In this document: positions 58,289 through 64,000 of the stretch, one piece after another
How positions within the stretch are numbered: position 1 is the first letter of the stretch
How the letters are laid out: each line of letters begins with the position of its first letter
NCBI GenBank assembly: GCA_005882315.1
Contig: VBAR01000003.1
Location: 252,907 to 316,906, forward strand
DNA from: Bacteroidota bacterium
GTDB taxonomy: Bacteria > Bacteroidota > Bacteroidia > Chitinophagales > Chitinophagaceae
DNA: 64,000 nt
Direction: 5' to 3'
The notes under the pieces: model-generated
What the model was told of the DNA's origin: nothing
The model's database searches: none
The model's input: only the letters and a program-made list of their open reading frames with translations
Position numbers and translations under genes: made by a program

Positions 58289-58321
58289 TGGATAGAACCG
58301 CTTAAACGAGAAAAAAGAGGC

Positions 58322-58352
58322 TGTAACCTCAAACCGAAATAAGCAGTCATAT
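58322..58352 (+). promoter_or_regulatory. candidate ECF-type promoter, proximal copy, facing the 58390 gene
   Basis: TGTAACC-N17-GTCATAT on the plus strand, ending 37 nt upstream of the ATG at 58390. Confidence 0.5.
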
Positions 58353-58389
58353 ATCAAAACCCATTTAAAAAAACTTAAAATTTAAAATT

Positions 58390-58773
58390 ATGGACGGCGG
58401 AGAAGCACTCATACCAATTACAATGTTTGCAGGTGGATTTGCAATGATCTTTGGTATTTACTATTTAAAAACAAAAGAAAACCTGGCCATGGTAGAGAAA
58501 GGCATGAATCCAAAGGATAAAATAAATCGTCCGGCGCCTTTCAGAACTTTAAAAGTTGGCTTATTGTTATTAGGAGCAGGTATCGGATTATTTACTGCAT
58601 ATATGATAGATACGTTTGCCATCGGCGGTGGTGGTGGCGGAGGCAGATATTATCATCATGAAAATGTTCCGGCACTTTATTTCAGCCTTATTGGTATCGG
58701 CGGCGGTTTAGGACTTGTGATATCTTACCTGATCGAAAAGAAATATTGGTATGATAAGAACGGCAATGATTGA
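58390..58773 (+). CDS. small multi-TM membrane protein with a poly-Gly loop, hypothetical
   Basis: 127 aa with three hydrophobic helices and a GGGGGGG run. It is divergent from the ECF sigma gene. Confidence 0.6.
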   Translation: MDGGEALIPITMFAGGFAMIFGIYYLKTKENLAMVEKGMNPKDKINRPAPFRTLKVGLLLLGAGIGLFTAYMIDTFAIGGGGGGGRYYHHENVPALYFSLIGIGGGLGLVISYLIEKKYWYDKNGND

Positions 58774-58784
58774 TATCTCAGCCA

Positions 58785-60383
58785 TCACTTACTTACTACT
58801 TCTAACCCTTTCCTGAAAATATCATCTTCAGTGTTAAGCACCTGGTAATACCCGGTGCTTCTCCATTTTAAACGGGCAAGTTGTGCTTTTAATCTTAATT
58901 GTAGAAAGGATTTGTCTTTAGCAGGAATTGAGCTAATGCTAACAGAATCTGTTTTAGCAAAATCTTCAAATGTTTTCCAGATTGTTTCTGTAACAAAAAA
59001 TTGCTGATTGAATTCAGCTGCTGATTTATACTTGTCAATACTTTCCCTGTTTCTTAAGTAAAACAGGTAAACAAATTTATTGATACTACCTATTTCAAAT
59101 AATCTTCTTGTTGCAAAATCAAACTGTGTTGAGTCATGCGGAATAAAAAAATCCGGCATAATACCACCGCCACCATATACTGTGCCTCCACAATCGGTTT
59201 TAAATGCTTTGCCATTAGAATATTTTATTTCTTCAACATTATGCAGCGAATCGGTCTCCGAAAAACGTTCCCATATTTCATCTATATAAACTTTTTTTCC
59301 GTTTTCATACGAACGCTGAATGCTTCTGCCTTTTGGTGTATAATACCTGGCAACAGTCAACCGCATCGCTGAACCATCACTTAAATCATATTGCAACTGT
59401 ACCAAACCCTTTCCAAAACTGCGTCGGCCAATTATTTTTCCCCGGCACCAATCCTGAACAGCACCTGCTAATACTTCGCTGGCACTTGCAGAAAGTTCAT
59501 CAACCAATACAACTAATTTATTGCTGGTATCTTCAAACATGCCTGGCCTTTTGGATTTATATTCATCTTTGGGTGAGTGCAGGCCTTCCGTATAAACGAT
59601 CAGTTTGCCATCCGATAAAAATTCATCAGCAATATTTGTTGCAGCTTCCATAAAACCGCCACCATTACCCCGTAAATCGAAAATGAGTTTTTTCATTCCA
59701 TCACCTGTCATTTGTTCCAGGTTTTGCATAAACTCACGGTAGGCATTTTTGGAAAACTTATTTAAACGTATATAACCCGTTGTTTTATCAATCATGTAAG
59801 CAGCATCAATGGCCGATACAGGTATTGAGCCTCTTGTTACATCCAATTTTTGTAATTGCTTATCCCGAAAGATTTGTAATTGTAGCGATGTACCGCTTTT
59901 TCCTTTTATCAGTTTTCTTACATCAATATTACTTTGCTCCCTTCCGGCAATCAATGAATCATCCACCCGTATTATCTTATCGCCTACTTTCAATCCTGAT
60001 TGTTCAGCCGGGCTTTTAGGTATTACATAAATAATATTAACGGTGTCGCTGAAAACATTAAACTCTACACCGATGCCTTCAAAATTTCCAGCGAGGTCTT
60101 CGTTGGCTTCGTTAAGTTCCGTAGCAGGAAAATATACTGAATGCGGATCTAATTTACTCATCATCTCCTCAATAGCCCCGATAGATAGCGAATCAATATT
60201 CACACTATCTACATAACTTCTTTTTATACGATCCAATGCTTCTTGTATGGAGTTTTTTTTGCTACTGGCAAAAAACTTTTTATTTCCGTTTTTGCCTCCC
60301 AACTGATATCCGAAGTACATTCCGACAATCATCACCAGTGAAAAGATCAGTGGAAGCCAAACCTGTAATTTTTTATTCCGCAT
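58785..60383 (-). CDS. S41-family C-terminal processing peptidase (Ctp/Tsp) with a PDZ domain
   Basis: PDZ (GLKVGDKIIRVDD). S41 catalytic block VVLVDELSASASEVLAGAVQD and a downstream GKG Lys. The ATG at 60383 (MRNKKLQVWLPLIF..., TM anchor) is preferred over the track start at 60452. Confidence 0.88.
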   Translation of the reverse strand: MRNKKLQVWLPLIFSLVMIVGMYFGYQLGGKNGNKKFFASSKKNSIQEALDRIKRSYVDSVNIDSLSIGAIEEMMSKLDPHSVYFPATELNEANEDLAGNFEGIGVEFNVFSDTVNIIYVIPKSPAEQSGLKVGDKIIRVDDSLIAGREQSNIDVRKLIKGKSGTSLQLQIFRDKQLQKLDVTRGSIPVSAIDAAYMIDKTTGYIRLNKFSKNAYREFMQNLEQMTGDGMKKLIFDLRGNGGGFMEAATNIADEFLSDGKLIVYTEGLHSPKDEYKSKRPGMFEDTSNKLVVLVDELSASASEVLAGAVQDWCRGKIIGRRSFGKGLVQLQYDLSDGSAMRLTVARYYTPKGRSIQRSYENGKKVYIDEIWERFSETDSLHNVEEIKYSNGKAFKTDCGGTVYGGGGIMPDFFIPHDSTQFDFATRRLFEIGSINKFVYLFYLRNRESIDKYKSAAEFNQQFFVTETIWKTFEDFAKTDSVSISSIPAKDKSFLQLRLKAQLARLKWRSTGYYQVLNTEDDIFRKGLEVVSK

Positions 60384-60472
60384 CGTTACTGTTTCTTTGT
60401 AAATTGAATGCAAAATAACGGATTTGAAGTTAAACCTGGATTCATTCATCAATTTTAGAAATCATTTATAAC

Positions 60473-61309
60473 GTGGTTAAACTGATAGCTGATAGCGGGG
60501 CAACAAAAGCAGAGTGGTGTCTTGTGAATAATAATAAAAAGAAAACTGTTTTTACACAGGGGATCAGTCCCTATTTTCTCAATCAGCAGCAGATCGTTGA
60601 ATTACTTAAAAAAGAATTACTGCCAAAAATCAGGAATGTAAAAATTGATGAAGTTCATTATTATGGAACCGGCTGCGCCAATCCTAAAAATGCTTTACTG
60701 GTTAAAAAAGCAATTCAGTCTGTAATCAACACCAAAAAAATAACAGTGAGTCACGACCTGATGGCTGCAGCAAGAGCTTTATGTCTTAAGTCAAAAGGCT
60801 TAGCTTGTATTTTAGGTACGGGTTCCGGGGTCACTTATTATAATGGTAAAACGATTGCCAAAACAAGTACAGGACTGGGTTACGTTTTAGGTGACGAGGG
60901 TAGTGGGGCATATTTGGGAAGAAAAGTTATTCAATACTACCTCTACAATACATTTGATGAAGACCTGAAAGCAAGATTTGATGCAAAGTTCGTAACCAAT
61001 AAAGTGGAGATATTGGAGAATGTATATAAAAAGCCATTACCGAACCGCTATCTTGCTTCTTTCGCATTATTTCTTGCGGAAAATCGCGGCCATTATATGA
61101 TTGAAAACATTATCGAAGATGGTATAAATGATTTTTTCTTTGCCCACCTCGTTAAGTTTAACGAGGTTTGGAAAACGCCTGTGCATTTTGTGGGTGGAGT
61201 TGCATTTGGTTTCAAAGATGTATTACAGGAACTTTGCACAAGTTATGGTTTTGAATTGGGCAGGGTCTTAAGGAACCCCATGGAGGGATTAACGGAATAT
61301 CACAAATAG
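60473..61309 (+). CDS. BadF/BadG/BcrA/BcrD-type ATPase: N-acetylglucosamine / N-acetylmuramate kinase (MurK-like)
   Basis: GTG start. LIADSGATKAEW N-terminal phosphate-1 motif, then ILGTGS and GYVLGDEGSGAYLG. It sits immediately upstream of murQ (1-nt gap). Confidence 0.8.
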   Translation: MVKLIADSGATKAEWCLVNNNKKKTVFTQGISPYFLNQQQIVELLKKELLPKIRNVKIDEVHYYGTGCANPKNALLVKKAIQSVINTKKITVSHDLMAAARALCLKSKGLACILGTGSGVTYYNGKTIAKTSTGLGYVLGDEGSGAYLGRKVIQYYLYNTFDEDLKARFDAKFVTNKVEILENVYKKPLPNRYLASFALFLAENRGHYMIENIIEDGINDFFFAHLVKFNEVWKTPVHFVGGVAFGFKDVLQELCTSYGFELGRVLRNPMEGLTEYHK

Positions 61310-61310
61310 T

Positions 61311-62135
61311 ATGGATTCATTTAATAAAATTACAGAGCAGGCGAGCCAGTACCGCAATCTTGAGCAAATGCCGGTACATGAATTACTCAGCAGTATCAAT
61401 AAAGAAGATCAAACTGTACCAAATGCTGTTGAAAAAGCTATTCCGCAAATTGAAAAGCTGGTAGAAGCGGCAGCTGATAAAATGCTCAGTGGTGGCCGTC
61501 TCTTTTATATTGGTGCCGGCACAAGTGGTCGTTTGGGTGTGGTAGATGCCAGCGAATGTCCGCCAACTTACGGAGTACCTTATGGTTTGGTTGTGGCAAT
61601 TATTGCAGGTGGAGAAAAAGCTATAACCAACGCAGTTGAATATGCAGAAGATGATAAAGAAGAAGGATGGAAAGATTTACAAAAGAGCAATGTGAATGAA
61701 AAAGATTTTGTAATTGGCATTGCTGCAAGCGGCACTACACCCTATGTAATTGGTGCATTGGAAAAATGTAAAGAATCGGGGATATTAACCGGCAGCATAA
61801 CAAATAATCCCGGTTCGCCCCTGGCCGTTGTTGCCGATTTCCCGGTGGAAGTAGAAGTAGGACCTGAATTTGTTACCGGTAGCACAAGAATGAAAAGCGG
61901 CACTTCGCAAAAGCTGGTGCTAAATATGATCTCCACAGCGCTAATGATACAACTGGGCAGGGTAGAAGACAACAAGATGGTGAATATGCAACTAACAAAT
62001 GAGAAGCTGGTTGATCGTGGCACTAAAATGCTGATGGAAAAATTAAAACTCACTGATTACGGTGAAGCGAAAGAATTGTTATTAAAATTCGGAGGTGTAA
62101 AAAAAGCGGTAGAAGCGAAGACTGCAGGTAGGTAA
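61311..62135 (+). CDS. murQ: N-acetylmuramic acid 6-phosphate etherase
   Basis: SIS-domain signature GAGTSGRLGVVDASECPPTYG, plus GIAASGTTPY and GSTRMKSGTSQK. Confidence 0.93.
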   Translation: MDSFNKITEQASQYRNLEQMPVHELLSSINKEDQTVPNAVEKAIPQIEKLVEAAADKMLSGGRLFYIGAGTSGRLGVVDASECPPTYGVPYGLVVAIIAGGEKAITNAVEYAEDDKEEGWKDLQKSNVNEKDFVIGIAASGTTPYVIGALEKCKESGILTGSITNNPGSPLAVVADFPVEVEVGPEFVTGSTRMKSGTSQKLVLNMISTALMIQLGRVEDNKMVNMQLTNEKLVDRGTKMLMEKLKLTDYGEAKELLLKFGGVKKAVEAKTAGR

Positions 62136-62170
62136 CTTGCTAATCAACAAATCGGCTATAATAAAACCCT

Positions 62171-62737
62171 ATGCACGATATTGAACCATATTATAATTGG
62201 CGTCACATTTATATAAGTGAGGAAGACAAACTTTCTCCTTTCTATGGACAAACTTATTCTGAGTTTGAATTCTCACAAACTGTTTACAACTATTATATTC
62301 ATCCGCAATGGGATGAATTTGGCAGCAAGACTTTATATTTAAAAGTACTGATCGCTGATTATGATGAAAAGTATGCTGTAATTGAATTGATCGGCGAGTG
62401 GAATGATGCAATTGAAAACGACATCATGACCCTTAAGCGGGAAGTGATCGATGTTTTCGAATCACACGGCATCATTAAATTTATTTTCATTGCTGAGAAT
62501 GTACTCAATTTTCATAGCGGGGATAAGGATTACTATGAGGAATGGTATGAAGAGATAAATGATAACAACGGCTGGATCGTTTGTCTGAATATGCCTGAAC
62601 AAACCCAACATGATTTTAAAAAGGCAAAACTCAACCGGATGATTGAATTAATTGAGCTGCCGGAATGGCGAGTGTATAAGCCATTTCACCTGTTTAAAAA
62701 AATAGATAACGAACTTTCATTGAGATTAAACGCATGA
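62171..62737 (+). CDS. hypothetical cytoplasmic protein
   Basis: 188-aa ORF, acidic and Trp/Tyr-rich. No motif recognised. Confidence 0.55.
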   Translation: MHDIEPYYNWRHIYISEEDKLSPFYGQTYSEFEFSQTVYNYYIHPQWDEFGSKTLYLKVLIADYDEKYAVIELIGEWNDAIENDIMTLKREVIDVFESHGIIKFIFIAENVLNFHSGDKDYYEEWYEEINDNNGWIVCLNMPEQTQHDFKKAKLNRMIELIELPEWRVYKPFHLFKKIDNELSLRLNA

Positions 62738-62778
62738 GTTTTTCTTAAATTATTTGTGGCAGTTTAATGTTCCAATGT

Positions 62779-62786
62779 TATATTTG
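62779..62786 (+). promoter_or_regulatory. candidate Bacteroidetes -7 box upstream of sdhC
   Basis: TATATTTG (TAnnTTTG consensus), ending 44 nt upstream of the sdhC ATG. Confidence 0.3.
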
Positions 62787-62830
62787 GGTAAGAGATCTGC
62801 ACGGCAGACTACCTCTCTTAAAATTAGCTT

Positions 62831-63541
62831 ATGAATTGGTCGCAAATATTTACTTCTTCAATAGGAAAGAAAATAGTAATGAGCCTTACAGGTTTGTTTC
62901 TTATTACTTTTCTTGTAGTACATATGGGTGTGAATGCCTGTGTGTTTAAAGATGCGATAGTTCCTGAAGACAATGGTGATATGTTTAATCGTGCTGCCGA
63001 TTATATGGGGCGTACTGTTGCGATCCGTTTAATGGAAATTGTTTTGTTCCTCGGGTTTTTCGTGCATATTATCCAGGGTTTTATGATTGAGTTTCAAAAC
63101 CGCAGCAAAAGAGCAAAGGGTTATGAAGTAAATCTGGGTAATCGTGGTAGTAAATGGTACAGCCGTTCAATGGGTTTGCTCGGAACATTATTATTCCTGT
63201 TTTTAATTCTGCATTGGTGGCATTTCTGGATTCCTTCACGGTTTACTCATGCAGGATTAGACCCGGTTATGTTAAGCAATGCAAGAGAATCACATAATAT
63301 GTTTGCATTAATGCAGGCAACATTCAGCGAATGGTGGGTTGTAATAATTTATGTGGTGGGATGCATTTCTCTTGCATGGCATCTTGCGCATGGTTTTCAA
63401 AGTGCATTCAGAACATTGGGTGTGCATAATAAAAGATATTTATCATTATTAAATGCTGTTGGTATCGGATTCTCAATAATAGTGCCTTTGATTTTCGCAT
63501 TGATGCCACTGGCATTTAAGTTAGGATGGGTTGGGAAGTGA
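62831..63541 (+). CDS. sdhC: succinate dehydrogenase/fumarate reductase cytochrome b subunit (b558, Bacteroidetes type)
   Basis: 236 aa with five TM helices. The N-terminus SSIGKKIVMSLTGLFLITFLVVHM is typical of this family. It is followed by sdhA. Confidence 0.85.
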   Translation: MNWSQIFTSSIGKKIVMSLTGLFLITFLVVHMGVNACVFKDAIVPEDNGDMFNRAADYMGRTVAIRLMEIVLFLGFFVHIIQGFMIEFQNRSKRAKGYEVNLGNRGSKWYSRSMGLLGTLLFLFLILHWWHFWIPSRFTHAGLDPVMLSNARESHNMFALMQATFSEWWVVIIYVVGCISLAWHLAHGFQSAFRTLGVHNKRYLSLLNAVGIGFSIIVPLIFALMPLAFKLGWVGK

Positions 63542-63633
63542 AAATAGTAGTATAGAAGTTTGTAACATAAAATAAATAATCCATCAACCTCCGCCAGAGT
63601 GGATCCTGATGGAATAAAAAGATAAACTCATAT

Positions 63634-64000
63634 ATGCTTGACGCAAAAATTCCACAAGGAGTTCCTTTAGATGACAAATGGACTCATTACAAAGGTCACT
63701 GTAAACTTGTGAACCCGGCGAACAAACGTAAACTCGAAGTAATAATCGTTGGGACCGGGTTGGCCGGTGCATCTGCAGCTGCGGCATTGGGAGAATTAGG
63801 CTACTCAGTAAAAGCATTTTGTTTCCAGGATTCACCACGTCGTGCACATAGCATCGCTGCACAAGGCGGTATCAATGCAGCAAAGAATTATCAGAATGAT
63901 GGCGACAGTGTGTTCCGTTTATTTTATGATACAATAAAAGGCGGCGACTATCGTGCAAGAGAAGCGAATGTCCATCGTCTGGCTGAAGTGAGTACAAATA
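63634..64000 (+). CDS. sdhA: succinate dehydrogenase/fumarate reductase flavoprotein subunit, N-terminal 122 codons (runs off the window end)
   Basis: Hand translation from the ATG at 63634 gives [16 protein letters not shown]...[19 protein letters not shown]...[14 protein letters not shown]. This holds the FAD dinucleotide fold and the covalent-FAD His block. Confidence 0.9.
   Translation, partial: MLDAKIPQGVPLDDKWTHYKGHCKLVNPANKRKLEVIIVGTGLAGASAAAALGELGYSVKAFCFQDSPRRAHSIAAQGGINAAKNYQNDGDSVFRLFYDTIKGGDYRAREANVHRLAEVSTN

Noticed and set aside
62767-62949. 60-aa plus-strand ORF overlapping the sdhC start in another frame
   Set aside because: The sdhC frame gives the family-typical N-terminus. 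This ORF would also cover the candidate promoter box.
1-64000. CRISPR arrays, transposase or integrase genes, prophage genes
   Set aside because: No regularly spaced direct repeats of 24-48 nt were seen. No ORF shows DDE, tyrosine-recombinase or serine-recombinase motifs. The only repeats found are the short intergenic elements reported above and the intragenic protein repeats.

Overview
Dense 64-kb chromosomal segment of a Bacteroidota genome. The taxon is inferred from gene content: a T9SS type-B sorting-domain protein, a Bacteroidetes-type sdhC, TAnnTTTG -7 boxes, a Y_Y_Y sensor kinase and HAF repeats. It looks Chitinophagaceae/Sphingobacteriia-like. About 60 protein genes are supported. 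Most are core housekeeping or metabolism: pfkA (partial), prolyl oligopeptidase, GH20 hexosaminidase, smc, parE/parC, smpB, accD, fbaA, cystathionine beta-synthase-like, ECF sigma/anti-sigma, S41 Ctp protease, MurK-like kinase plus murQ, and sdhC/sdhA (partial). The rest are secreted or lipoprotein hypotheticals. I recognised no rRNA, tRNA, tmRNA, CRISPR array, transposase or integrase. The main candidate for a novel system is a lone 377-aa gene (24011-25144, minus strand). It fuses a macro-like N-terminal domain to a C-terminal TIR domain with an intact catalytic-Glu motif, through an acidic Gly-rich linker. It sits by itself in a repeat-laden non-coding gap just upstream of smc. Secondary observations: (1) a 69-nt dispersed repeat upstream of both smc and accD; (2) a strand-biased GGAYT tract upstream of fbaA; (3) three copies of GTAACC-N17-GTC(A/T)TAT in the ECF sigma divergent promoter region; (4) a secreted ankyrin protein coupled to a CxxCH-bearing alpha/alpha-toroid protein next to a soluble acyl-ACP desaturase; (5) four tightly packed genes (two SAM methyltransferases, DUF1835-like, DUF4260-like) wedged between parE and parC. 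All domain calls come from motif reading by eye. No HMM or BLAST search could be run.
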